64,000 nucleotides of DNA, taken from IMG/VR virus record IMGVR_UViG_3300025411_000008, positions 1 through 64,000 of that record, one strand, 5' to 3'. Below the pieces are notes generated by a model. It saw nothing but the letters and a program-made list of their open reading frames with translations. It ran no database searches and was not told the DNA's origin. Below, piece after piece: positions 34,963 to 44,840 of this stretch (within the stretch, counting starts at the first letter, position 1; each line of letters opens with the position of its first letter). The DNA is from a virus. Made by a program: the position numbers and the translations under genes.

Positions 34963-36825
34963 TTATCTTCCGAACAGGAAGCCGTATGGCGTCATGTCAA
35001 TAGTGTCGGTCATGTCAATGTTCTCATCGACTACACCTCTGATAGCTTCTGCTTCGTCTCTTCTGCGGAGGATCTTAGCATCTGCTCGTTCTTCGATCGT
35101 GTTAGCAGCCACCGCTCGATAGATCCAAGTGTGGTCAATACCCTTGCTCTTTGAGTCTGCTCTATTGATGCGGTTAGCTCGTTGCTTGTAGTCTGAGTAA
35201 GTTCGTGGTACTTCGATATTCCAAAGATACGGGGCATATAGGTTTAGCCCTTCCTGGCCTACATCTGAAGTAATAAGTATAGCAGGTCCTTTAATGGTGT
35301 TAAAGGTTCTAATGTTTTCTGCCACAGTATCACTGCTCATGCCTACTCCCCAGATAGGGAGCACAGGAATATCTGGGAACTTCTTCCTAAGTGCTTCAAG
35401 GTAAGGGAACAAGGTGCCATTGGTCCAGAAGGTGAATAGAACTACCTTGTCACCAGCTTCTACATAGTTCTCGAGGTTGCTTTCAATGAGCTGATATTTA
35501 GCACTGTTAGCGATATCAATATCAGTGCCGAACTGTGCAACAATCTCCTTAGCAAATCGTCCATCGCTGTTCTTAAGGCCAGCAGTGGTGTTGCAGATCA
35601 TACGCAGTGTGTCAATGTATGCCCAGCTAGCTACGGGGTTGTCTGGGTTGAAGTTGTTACGAGCTTGTTCTTCTGCCCAGTCATAAATAGCACGATCTAC
35701 TTCAGAAAGCTCGTAGACAATCTTCTTAGGGATGCTCTCAGGGAACTGAGCCGAGATGATTGGGTCGCTCTTCATAGCGATGTGCGTCCAGTTCTCATGC
35801 TTCTTGCCGAGCAACGACAGTTTTGCTCTGTCCCATTCTTTGACGTATAGCTCTTGTACGAAGCCATTGTTAAACATGCCAAATTCTTTGCCGTACAATC
35901 GCTTGAAAGAATCTCGCTTGAGGTCGCTTACGTCAGGGATGTTTGGGTCAACAATAGAGAAGATATTCCTGATGTTCAATGGGCTAGTGGTGTATGGTGT
36001 AGCGGTCAGGGCCAAGGTCATTACCTGGTTGCCAGACTCATTAATGAGCTTGTAGAAGCCTTCACCAATAAGGCTTGTACCACTGTTGATTTTCTGAGCC
36101 TCATCGATGATGATCAGAACACGCTTGCCTTTGATCATCTCCATAACCTGCAAGAAGTCTGTGCGGTCATAGGACTTTGACTTGCGTCGTGACCCCTTGA
36201 CCTTTACCATGTTGCCTTCACGAATCTTCTCGTAGTTCATGACAACGACTTGAGCTGTATTATTCTCATAAAAAGCATGCCGCTTAGCACGTGTCATCTT
36301 CTCGCCAACACGAGTGACTTCCAAGTGTGTCATACGGCGGAACTCTTGTTCCCAGTCGTACTGTTTGATCTTCTTACAGAAGACCAGGACGAGATCGACA
36401 TCACCAGCATCAAAAAGTTTCTGACTGGTTAGGCAACTCAACAGCGTCTTACCAGCACCAGTGTCCCACTGCACCAAGACACGTGGGTTCTCTGAGTGCA
36501 TCTGCTTCCATACATAGTTCAGACCAACGTGCTGAAAAGGAAACAGAGCATGGTCCTTTAGGAAAGGACTGTCTACTTCATAAGGGGAGGTACTGCATTC
36601 TCGTAGCTCATCATATGCCAGCTCAGCTGAGTCATCCTCAAACGTGAGTTCATACCCATTATCCCTGGCCAAAGCATGAAACTCATCGATCTTGTCACGG
36701 TTCTTGAGAGTACCGTAGGAATCTAATGAAAATAATGTCTTGACTTTTTCGTCCAGGGAGGAGTATCTTAGTACTCCATTGAGTAATTTACTCTTCTGAA
36801 CATATATCATCTTCTCCGAAGCCAT
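34963..36825 (-). CDS. SNF2-family helicase
   Basis: PFQ, DTGAGKT, DEAQ, TATP, EGLNL, QRANRINR. Confidence 0.9.
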   Translation of the reverse strand: MASEKMIYVQKSKLLNGVLRYSSLDEKVKTLFSLDSYGTLKNRDKIDEFHALARDNGYELTFEDDSAELAYDELRECSTSPYEVDSPFLKDHALFPFQHVGLNYVWKQMHSENPRVLVQWDTGAGKTLLSCLTSQKLFDAGDVDLVLVFCKKIKQYDWEQEFRRMTHLEVTRVGEKMTRAKRHAFYENNTAQVVVMNYEKIREGNMVKVKGSRRKSKSYDRTDFLQVMEMIKGKRVLIIIDEAQKINSGTSLIGEGFYKLINESGNQVMTLALTATPYTTSPLNIRNIFSIVDPNIPDVSDLKRDSFKRLYGKEFGMFNNGFVQELYVKEWDRAKLSLLGKKHENWTHIAMKSDPIISAQFPESIPKKIVYELSEVDRAIYDWAEEQARNNFNPDNPVASWAYIDTLRMICNTTAGLKNSDGRFAKEIVAQFGTDIDIANSAKYQLIESNLENYVEAGDKVVLFTFWTNGTLFPYLEALRKKFPDIPVLPIWGVGMSSDTVAENIRTFNTIKGPAILITSDVGQEGLNLYAPYLWNIEVPRTYSDYKQRANRINRADSKSKGIDHTWIYRAVAANTIEERADAKILRRRDEAEAIRGVVDENIDMTDTIDMTPYGFLFGR

Positions 36826-36831
36826 GAATCA

Positions 36832-36860
36832 ACCTTAGCATGACTTACTGACTAAATCAA
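36832..36860 (-). promoter_or_regulatory. SigA-type promoter giving a probable leaderless SNF2 mRNA
   Basis: TTGATT-N17-TAAGGT with extended TG. The ATG is 6 nt after the -10 and has no SD. Confidence 0.6.
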
Positions 36861-39800
36861 TCTACCGAGTAAGGGATGATTGTTCCAGCAATATTATCTA
36901 GGCTGAACTCTGAAGGATAAACGTTCTTATTCAACTGGAAGTATGGCTTGTTCTCAATGCTTGTCCTTACAGGCAACTCGTTAGTCTTACTAGTTCCCTG
37001 GTAATCAATATTGAGGTTTGCATAGTAAGGATTCTGTCTGTACTGAGGAATGACGCTCACTCCGGCTATATAAACATTAGGGTCAAGAGCAGTCATTCTG
37101 ATTTGGATACCGCTTGATGGTACGTTCAGAGAGTTAGAGATGAAATAATTGGGGTCATTGATACCGACAGCGATTGGTCTATATGAACTCGAAGTGTTGT
37201 TCCGGTATTCGTATCTCACCGGGTGGTAGAACGGTGCTAGCATACTCAAGTAGAATTTCTCGGTGACAGCTGTATTGGTTTGTACTACACGGATAAAGAA
37301 TGATGTGTAGTTGGCGATAGTGTACCCATTCAACTGCACATCAAACCAAGAATTCAATGGCAATTGATTTGCTGTATAGGTTTTATAAGCTATTTCAGTT
37401 TGTACGTTTGTACTGCTTACAGCATAGAGGCTCACACGGTACGAACCAATGTTCGTATTCGGCAAGAACATGCGAGCGACACCGCTTACTCTCATGTTGT
37501 TGCGGTCCGTTGGGCTGATCCAGATGTTTGTTGGCGTGGTGAAAGCACCAGCTTGGTATACCTCGTAAGGCACACCGCTGGCCGTACCACTCAGTACAAC
37601 CTGCACGGTGTTGCTAGGAATACTTGCGTTGTATGATGCACCGGTTGCAGTAATAATACTGAAGCCGGACGCAGCTGTGAGGTTAACTGTACTACCTGTT
37701 ACTGTTGTCCCAGAGATCACACCACTAGTGGTCGAGTTGATAAAACGAGTGGTCATAGTGACGTTTGTCGTACCACTCGACTGCAAGTTTGTCAGGAAGT
37801 AATAACTCATTCCTGATGTTGGAGCATAACTGGCATAGCCGACGACACCCAACGATGCACTACCCAACTGCGTTGTGTAAGGCGTTGCTCCGCTTATGTC
37901 AAATACGTTTGGCAGAGTGAAGTTGTAAGTAACAGTGTTACTTCCACCACTTACAAGGATTCCGCTGGAGGTACCACTGGAAGGCGAAGTAGATGAACCT
38001 GAGTAGCCACTCCAAGATACAACGGCACTAGTCACAGTGGTTCCTGAGCCCGCTACCCAACCCGAGGTAGTTAAGAAGTTGGCGTCATTATAATTCATGA
38101 CATTGTTGCCAGTTTGGTACGGAGAAGACTGCACACCATACGTACTGCCAGATGTGATTGGAGCTACTGAATAGATAGTGCTCTTACCAAGAGTACCTGT
38201 AAGGGTCATGGTTGAGTTAAGGCCACCAACCATGGTACTAATCGTATAGTTGCTCAGCTTGTTAAGCAGAGTTGGGTCTGATTGGATTGGGTTACCTTGC
38301 GTAAGAAAACTCCTCCAGTCAGTTGTAAGTCCACCAATGTTAAAGCTAGTGAATGCATCGATGGTGTTGAAGAATGGTGTTGTTGCAGTCTCGTCAGGGC
38401 TAAGCCCTACGTAATTAATATCTGAAGGGTACCCGGACGAGAAGCCACTTGTTGTACCATTTCTACTAATCAAGTTTCCTGGCGTGCCGCGAAGATCATC
38501 GTAAACGGTTTCATAGAAGGCATTGATATAACGAATACCAACGAAATAAGCCTGGTGCCATGTCTGATTGATAGTTACCTGGTTATATTGGTGAACTCTT
38601 GTGTTTGGGAAGCGTCGGTATAGGAAGTCTGTGTAACTATTGTTATTATAGTTTCCATTGGAATCAAGCAGCTTGTAACTCGTACTTGGGTCAATGATTT
38701 GCACACTAGAAGAGATACCATTAAGTGATGTGCCTTGTTGAACGTCATTCAACGCTGCTAATGCTGGCCATGAATTGTTGCTGACTGTGCTAGTTGATAA
38801 ACCGAAGATTGTTGAAGCAGTCAATTGATTGGTATTCTGACTACTTGTCCCGAGTCCTTGTGTACCAATATTAGAGTTGCCAATGGTTGAGTACTTAACA
38901 GCGTTACCATCGATGATCTCTTGCTCGAGATTAGAATAGTATTGCTCGACATCAAGCGGGAATACATTGATAGTTCTATCAATTGAATCAAATGGCAAGT
39001 CATAAACTTCTGCTTGCAGCTGCGTAAACTCAAACTTCAAATAAGTAGCACTTGTTCTAGGGATTTCGTAGATACCCTTGCGCAGTGTGAAGTCTGATTG
39101 GATAGGAGTCCAGGTGAAGTTACCTGGGTCAATAGTATTGCCAGACGTAGTATTCGTGCTGTAGTAGACGTTGAAACGGCAACCGCTGTAAAGAGGATCA
39201 ATATAGAATCGATTGATCACAGTAGGAGTAGGGTCGCTCAGCTCGGCATAGAAGTAAACGATTGAGTCTTTAACTGGTTGAGGGGCACTTCTCCAGTAAT
39301 TAGTACCTGAAATGCTCTGGAACATATTTGATGTTGCATTCGTTACAAAACTATAATTCTCTACAAAACCCAAACGGTTCTGAACAATCATATTAGCTGT
39401 GCCGCTTACAACAACTGATGGGATATCAGAAGTCTGTTGGATATTTAACTTAATTCTAAAGTTCTCAATGCCAACGGAATAGGCAACGCTGTACAATACA
39501 TTCTGACTATTTGCAGACTGTACAGTTTTATTACGCGTAATCCTTACGTTAACAGCAGTTGTGCCAGTCAAAGGGTACGTGAAAGTAGTGTTGTTTGCAC
39601 TATTCAGGCTAGTAATGTTTGTAGGAGCATTGTATTCAATGAAAGACCAGTCAGTAGTGGTGAAGATATCACTACCGCCTGCGATCGTAAACGTTGAGGC
39701 ACCGGGGAGAGCATTCATGTTTTGATCAAGTAGCTCTACATAACAAGGTACGTTCAGCACAGACATTGTAATGCTGTTGTAGTACGTAGTATTTGATAAG

Positions 39801-40084
39801 TTATACGTAATAACAATAGGTTGACTGCTTGGCCCACCGAAGTCAGTGTTTGACAACCAGTAAGTTGCTGTCTGTGGATTGAAAGACAACAAGCCATTTG
39901 ATTGGTTTGTTGTATTGAAGTTAGGATCAGCGTAGTTAGAAACACTGGTATTGTTGAGTGAGTCAATGACACCAGTTTGAGCATAGATCTGGTTATAGAC
40001 AAGACCATCTGAAGTCAATGCAGGCGTAATATTGCCTGACACATAGTCGTCTAGTGGATCAGTATTATTTGGTAATACAGGCAT
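36857..40084 (-). CDS. Large baseplate/tail structural protein
   Basis: 1075 aa, Thr/Ser/Asn beta-rich; last gene of the baseplate run. Confidence 0.7.
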   Translation of the reverse strand: MPVLPNNTDPLDDYVSGNITPALTSDGLVYNQIYAQTGVIDSLNNTSVSNYADPNFNTTNQSNGLLSFNPQTATYWLSNTDFGGPSSQPIVITYNLSNTTYYNSITMSVLNVPCYVELLDQNMNALPGASTFTIAGGSDIFTTTDWSFIEYNAPTNITSLNSANNTTFTYPLTGTTAVNVRITRNKTVQSANSQNVLYSVAYSVGIENFRIKLNIQQTSDIPSVVVSGTANMIVQNRLGFVENYSFVTNATSNMFQSISGTNYWRSAPQPVKDSIVYFYAELSDPTPTVINRFYIDPLYSGCRFNVYYSTNTTSGNTIDPGNFTWTPIQSDFTLRKGIYEIPRTSATYLKFEFTQLQAEVYDLPFDSIDRTINVFPLDVEQYYSNLEQEIIDGNAVKYSTIGNSNIGTQGLGTSSQNTNQLTASTIFGLSTSTVSNNSWPALAALNDVQQGTSLNGISSSVQIIDPSTSYKLLDSNGNYNNNSYTDFLYRRFPNTRVHQYNQVTINQTWHQAYFVGIRYINAFYETVYDDLRGTPGNLISRNGTTSGFSSGYPSDINYVGLSPDETATTPFFNTIDAFTSFNIGGLTTDWRSFLTQGNPIQSDPTLLNKLSNYTISTMVGGLNSTMTLTGTLGKSTIYSVAPITSGSTYGVQSSPYQTGNNVMNYNDANFLTTSGWVAGSGTTVTSAVVSWSGYSGSSTSPSSGTSSGILVSGGSNTVTYNFTLPNVFDISGATPYTTQLGSASLGVVGYASYAPTSGMSYYFLTNLQSSGTTNVTMTTRFINSTTSGVISGTTVTGSTVNLTAASGFSIITATGASYNASIPSNTVQVVLSGTASGVPYEVYQAGAFTTPTNIWISPTDRNNMRVSGVARMFLPNTNIGSYRVSLYAVSSTNVQTEIAYKTYTANQLPLNSWFDVQLNGYTIANYTSFFIRVVQTNTAVTEKFYLSMLAPFYHPVRYEYRNNTSSSYRPIAVGINDPNYFISNSLNVPSSGIQIRMTALDPNVYIAGVSVIPQYRQNPYYANLNIDYQGTSKTNELPVRTSIENKPYFQLNKNVYPSEFSLDNIAGTIIPYSVD

Positions 40085-41088
40085 TATTGTGCTCCATACA
40101 CCGTTGAAGTTACACTTAAGGATGGGTTTGCAATGCTGTCAGAGATACCGCTACTAAGATCTGATACGTTTGCTGAAACGATATTGCCTGTGAGGTCGAT
40201 CGAGATTTCTTGTGTCTGCAAGTGAGAGAAGTATGGCGCAACATTGTTCGTGTTGTTCTTCAACCAGTAACGCGTGTGCGACCCTGGCACAAGCGTTGAA
40301 GGCGTGCTAATCATTGTGGTATTAACAGTTGGCTGTAGGAAGTGATACTCCGAGTATCCACTTGCTGCAACATAAGTAAGCGGTGTCTGCGTAAGGTTTG
40401 CTAATGGTGCACCAAAGCTGAACTGGAAGTTAGCGAAGCCCAGCTGCTGAATGGTTTGCAGAATTGTCTGCTTCTTGCTCTGGTCCCAGGTGAAAACACC
40501 GCTATTATTAGTGGAGTCAAGAATAGGAATGAGCACAATTTCGTTCGCTGGGTTCAAAGCAGCTGGGTATGTCCCTGTTACAGAGCTAGTGTCTGTGCCT
40601 GAGTACGTTGTACTTCTACCGTATCCTGGAGTTCTCCAACTCTCAACAACATAGAATTTAACCTGTGTCAGAGCTTCACAGAGCGTCTTAATGCCCCAGA
40701 GGGTACAACCTGTCTGAAAGGCTTCAGCGGCACCTAGAAGGCGCTCACGGTAGTTTGAGTCCTTGATGCGTACTTCCTGCCATTGTGTATTGGTTAATTG
40801 GTCAATGAAAGGGTTGGTAGCAAAGCTATAGATCTCAGGTGCAATACGCTTTACATTCAGAATCGTACCAAGAATAGTATCGAGGTTGCTGTACTCAAGT
40901 GTTTGTTGGCCGATGCTCGCTGCAATCTGAAGATTTCTCAACTGACCCGTACCACTATTGCCAAGCAAGATCTTCATCAATGTGGTTAAGTTGTCACCAT
41001 CATTAAAATTGTAGATGTCGTCGGGAAAGTTTCTTACCTTCTCAAGGAAGGTAGAGTGAAGAGCAAGCGAGTAAGTATTGCCAGCCAT
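40084..41088 (-). CDS. Baseplate wedge protein (gpI-like)
   Basis: LD.I.G.IL...R...D..YRERL...GCT..GIK pattern; follows the J-like gene. Confidence 0.7.
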   Translation of the reverse strand: MAGNTYSLALHSTFLEKVRNFPDDIYNFNDGDNLTTLMKILLGNSGTGQLRNLQIAASIGQQTLEYSNLDTILGTILNVKRIAPEIYSFATNPFIDQLTNTQWQEVRIKDSNYRERLLGAAEAFQTGCTLWGIKTLCEALTQVKFYVVESWRTPGYGRSTTYSGTDTSSVTGTYPAALNPANEIVLIPILDSTNNSGVFTWDQSKKQTILQTIQQLGFANFQFSFGAPLANLTQTPLTYVAASGYSEYHFLQPTVNTTMISTPSTLVPGSHTRYWLKNNTNNVAPYFSHLQTQEISIDLTGNIVSANVSDLSSGISDSIANPSLSVTSTVYGAQ

Positions 41089-43559
41089 TAGAAGTTGCTG
41101 GCTCCTCTAATTGTGTAAAGAATGTTGTAAAGAGAAGGCAGCGTATTGCTAGGAAGAATAAAGTCGCTAGTAAATGTCTGCAAGACGGTTCCGTCAGGCG
41201 CAGTAGTGCTAACGCTTGTAATCTTTACGTTGGCGATACCAGGCACTGATAGAAACTGTGATGCCAAACCAGCAAACGTCAAAGTGCCGAAGTAATTAAA
41301 CCCATTGAAGTATGAGCTAATAAGATTTGTAGCGTTAGAAAAGACTGTGCTTTGGCTGTAACTATTGTCAAGAACTACACGTGCATTGATCGTTAAAGAA
41401 GCAAACTGCGCTTGGTGAACAAGCGTGTTGACGCCGAGAGGCCTGCTCTGCTGGATAAGGGACTCAACAGTTGTAACATCACCATTGTAATCGTGAGCAT
41501 AAGTAACCCATGCTGAGCTTGATGGCAATGCAGGCCATCCTGAAGGAGGTGTAGACGTATCGAAAGCAAGGCCAGACATGTCGAGGATGCTGTTCTGATT
41601 AAGGGTCTGGTCATACAATGGGTAGACGATTGCTTTACCACTAAGGGTAACAGTGCCAGTAGCAGTGGTATTCTGGTTCAGGTAGATGCCGTTGCTAGTT
41701 ACGCTGCTAATAAAGAACTGACTGCCAGAAGTTAATGTACCTGTTGCCAAGGCAAGTCCTGGGTAGAGGAACGTATTAGCGTTGCTTACCGTAACGAATG
41801 TACCACCTAATCCGTCAGAAGTCACAGTACCAGTGAATGTGACGTATGGGTAAGGGTTAAGAGCGATTGGATAGATGTAACTAAGACCATTGGTGGTGTT
41901 ATACAAGGTAACAGTATCTGCAACTCCGCTAGAGGAAGTGCTAATCTGCGACGGGAAATTGATCAATGGCTTCTGGTTCAATGATACGTAAATATCATTT
42001 GTTGTAGCAGTGTTTGTTGCTGCTGTTACACCACTTCCAAGCGTATAGTTTTGAGTGTTTAAGTAACTCCTACTGTTACCCGAAATCAAAACGGAGGTGG
42101 GGTTATAGCTACTTTGTTCGTATACCTGGGTTGCTGTAGTGCCATTGATAAAGATATCAACGAAGTTACCGCTCGTGATTGTTGTCGAACGGCTCGAGGC
42201 AGGGCTGTATTCAGATGTTAGACTGACCTGGCTACCATTGAATAAAATACCTGAGGCAGCATAATAACTATTGTTAAGGATGTTGATCTTCAAAGGAATA
42301 GTAAGTGCTGTACCGCTTGGGTAGTAGTAGTCAACTAAGTTAGCAAACGTTGACTGGTTTGAAGTATTAAACCCATAGCCAACTAGTTCATTGCCTTGTG
42401 GGAAAAGGTAACCACTATACGTAGGGTTGTAAGACAAGGTACCAGATGTACCAATGTCTGGGTTGTTTGATGTAATTGACTCATAGAAGTAGAAGTTACC
42501 GCTACTAGTAATACCACTGGTCGTTGCTGTGCCACCTGTACCAGACATGGTTATTCTGTAAGGGCTAGGGAGGTTGGCAGTGATATTGAAGCTACCTGCT
42601 GTGTTCAGGTTGGTTGTACCACTAACGCCGGATACGGTGTAAGCAAAACCACTGCTTAAAACATAACCCGGGTATAGACCTGAGATAGTAGTGTTCAAAG
42701 AAGTTTGCAAACCGCTTGGGGTCGAACCACCACTAATTGAGATGCTAGCTACGTTTACTGTTCCCGTGTACGTGATGTTGTTGACGTTCATACCACTGTA
42801 TGCGACAAAGTTCAGAGTAGCTGTAGTGCCACTAGCAGTAACACCAACGGTTGAACTGATCTGCAACTGTTCATTGTAGAAATACTGTGTGCTATTTGCG
42901 GTTGCCAGGGTTACATTTGGGTTTTGCAAAGCAGTCAAAACATACTTACCAAATGTACCTGTGGTGTTGTTGAAAGCAGTGTTCTGCCATCTTGATCTAA
43001 GAGCTGAGTCGCTTTCTGTGTCAAGTCCACCAGATAATGGGTTGGTATTAAAAACGCTACCGATGCCGAAAAGACTGCCGACAAGATTTGTAATTGCACC
43101 CGCAGGGGCGTTACCAATCGCTCCTGGGATAGAAGCTACGACCGGCACATCAACAGAAGTATCACCAATACCAATGATTGCTGGAGCAGTAGTCGCAAAG
43201 TAGATAGAGGATACGTAATTACCACCAATTGGGATAGCAACCTGAGTTCCAACGGGAACGTCAAGGATGTTTGTGGCTGGAGTACCGCCTGTACTGAAGG
43301 TTACAAGGCCCGATGCTCTCTTGCCGAGCTGACGGTATACGCCGAAAAGGTTGCAGAAGTTGTCGAGCTGATTGCCATTCTTCGTATTGATGTTATAACT
43401 ATATGCTTGCAGCACTGAGTTGTTGTTTGCTGTAGCGATCTCTTGGGCGACAGCTTCCAAAATCTTGTACGTTGCTGTTCCAACGCTAACGTCCCAGGTG
43501 GGGTCGTAAACGGAAAGGGCGGCTTGAAGCCTAGCGAGAACTCCTGTTGTATCAGCCAT
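41088..43559 (-). CDS. Baseplate J-like protein
   Basis: LD.F..LFGVYR...A.G.VTF, G.IGN.PAGAI, GG.D.ESD..LR.R. Confidence 0.88.
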   Translation of the reverse strand: MADTTGVLARLQAALSVYDPTWDVSVGTATYKILEAVAQEIATANNNSVLQAYSYNINTKNGNQLDNFCNLFGVYRQLGKRASGLVTFSTGGTPATNILDVPVGTQVAIPIGGNYVSSIYFATTAPAIIGIGDTSVDVPVVASIPGAIGNAPAGAITNLVGSLFGIGSVFNTNPLSGGLDTESDSALRSRWQNTAFNNTTGTFGKYVLTALQNPNVTLATANSTQYFYNEQLQISSTVGVTASGTTATLNFVAYSGMNVNNITYTGTVNVASISISGGSTPSGLQTSLNTTISGLYPGYVLSSGFAYTVSGVSGTTNLNTAGSFNITANLPSPYRITMSGTGGTATTSGITSSGNFYFYESITSNNPDIGTSGTLSYNPTYSGYLFPQGNELVGYGFNTSNQSTFANLVDYYYPSGTALTIPLKINILNNSYYAASGILFNGSQVSLTSEYSPASSRSTTITSGNFVDIFINGTTATQVYEQSSYNPTSVLISGNSRSYLNTQNYTLGSGVTAATNTATTNDIYVSLNQKPLINFPSQISTSSSGVADTVTLYNTTNGLSYIYPIALNPYPYVTFTGTVTSDGLGGTFVTVSNANTFLYPGLALATGTLTSGSQFFISSVTSNGIYLNQNTTATGTVTLSGKAIVYPLYDQTLNQNSILDMSGLAFDTSTPPSGWPALPSSSAWVTYAHDYNGDVTTVESLIQQSRPLGVNTLVHQAQFASLTINARVVLDNSYSQSTVFSNATNLISSYFNGFNYFGTLTFAGLASQFLSVPGIANVKITSVSTTAPDGTVLQTFTSDFILPSNTLPSLYNILYTIRGASNF

Positions 43560-44001
43560 TTACGCTAACTCCATTATTATCGATATATACGTTAAGATTA
43601 ACATTGCTATTTGCCATGGTCAACAAGTTAATATTAGCTATGATTGTTGTGTTTTGTATGCTTACATTAACTGAAGTGATGCTTTGAATGATTTCACTCT
43701 TATTCCAGTTTGAAAGCTGTGAAGAGTTTTGTGAAAGCTGTAGAGACTGAACCTGATTAACCATGTATAATTGCAAAACTCTATTAATTTCGCTCTTCAC
43801 TGAGCTTATGGTAGAGCCATTCTGCGTACCGCCAATCATCCCTGGCAATAAGCTACCTACGTTTGGGGTAGTATACCCAGTTCCAAGAGGCTCTTCAAGC
43901 CACAATGTGAGGTCTTGCACAAGCTTATTTTGGCCAACGATGAACTGGATCTTCCCACTGTTTAACTGGATGTCTCCGTTGCTGACCGCGATAGTTTTCA
44001 T
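43552..44001 (-). CDS. Baseplate wedge / sheath initiator (gp25-like)
   Basis: G.NKLVQDL..WL.EPLG...P..GS.L; position in the operon. Confidence 0.75.
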   Translation of the reverse strand: MKTIAVSNGDIQLNSGKIQFIVGQNKLVQDLTLWLEEPLGTGYTTPNVGSLLPGMIGGTQNGSTISSVKSEINRVLQLYMVNQVQSLQLSQNSSQLSNWNKSEIIQSITSVNVSIQNTTIIANINLLTMANSNVNLNVYIDNNGVSVNG

Positions 44002-44012
44002 ACTATCTTAGG

Positions 44013-44033
44013 CAAAATAAGGGCTGTAGTACA
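44013..44033 (-). promoter_or_regulatory. Putative late promoter (copy 2)
   Basis: TGTACTAC-AGCCCTTATT-TTG. Confidence 0.65.
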
Positions 44034-44840
44034 TTACGCCTGGCTGACAGTCATTGTCCAGGATGGGATTGAAGGGCCGTATGGTGGCGTTGGCCACGCT
44101 GGTGCATAACCATTAGCCACACTTGGTTGAGCAGCAGCATAAATTTGGTTTGGTGTATCTACTGCCCAAACCAACTCCATGAAGTCTCCAGCACTCATTT
44201 GTTGAATAAAGTTCCAAGAAGGCAAAGCATAAGGAGATTTAGCATAAATACTTATTTCTCCGCTTGACCATGGTGTGTCTGCTCCATTTATTCTTGCCCA
44301 TATGCTTGCATTGTATGTTGAGTTGCCACCAACTCCAACAACAGCAAATTGTGCACTGAAGCTAAAGATGTAAACACCCGCTGCATCGGGGGTAATTCTA
44401 CTGCCTGATACTAGAGTAAACCCTTGTGATCCTGCATCGTTGTTGAAAGTTACCGTATAAGGCGTTCCGCTAGCCACTGCGATCTGATTAGTTGTGTCGT
44501 AGTAGTTACCATAGGTTGATGAGTATTGTGGAAGGATATCAGTGCTATTGATCTGACGCGTTGTAGAGTCAAATATGCCAGCGTATAGATACAAGCGGTA
44601 CAAACTAGTGCGTTTTTCAACCCACCAAACCTGATCAGGTGCAATCTGCTGAAGGTTGATGCCTGCTGGGTATGCCTGCAGATCGATCTCGATCTGAAAG
44701 CCCTTCATGTCTAAGCCCAGACAGTAATAGTTATTAGGTGCGCCTGCAGCATTGCTGAATGGGTGCAGCAGAGGACCCGTCGTTAGGATCACTCTTCTTA
44801 CGTTGAGATTGCTACTCGTTTTTGAACCGCTGATGTTCAT
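44034..44840 (-). CDS. Baseplate spike-region protein with C-terminal C1q/BclA-like domain
   Basis: Position after the hub gene; YGNYYDTTNQ...AGVYIFSFSAQF...AGDFMEL.W. Confidence 0.55.
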   Translation of the reverse strand: MNISGSKTSSNLNVRRVILTTGPLLHPFSNAAGAPNNYYCLGLDMKGFQIEIDLQAYPAGINLQQIAPDQVWWVEKRTSLYRLYLYAGIFDSTTRQINSTDILPQYSSTYGNYYDTTNQIAVASGTPYTVTFNNDAGSQGFTLVSGSRITPDAAGVYIFSFSAQFAVVGVGGNSTYNASIWARINGADTPWSSGEISIYAKSPYALPSWNFIQQMSAGDFMELVWAVDTPNQIYAAAQPSVANGYAPAWPTPPYGPSIPSWTMTVSQA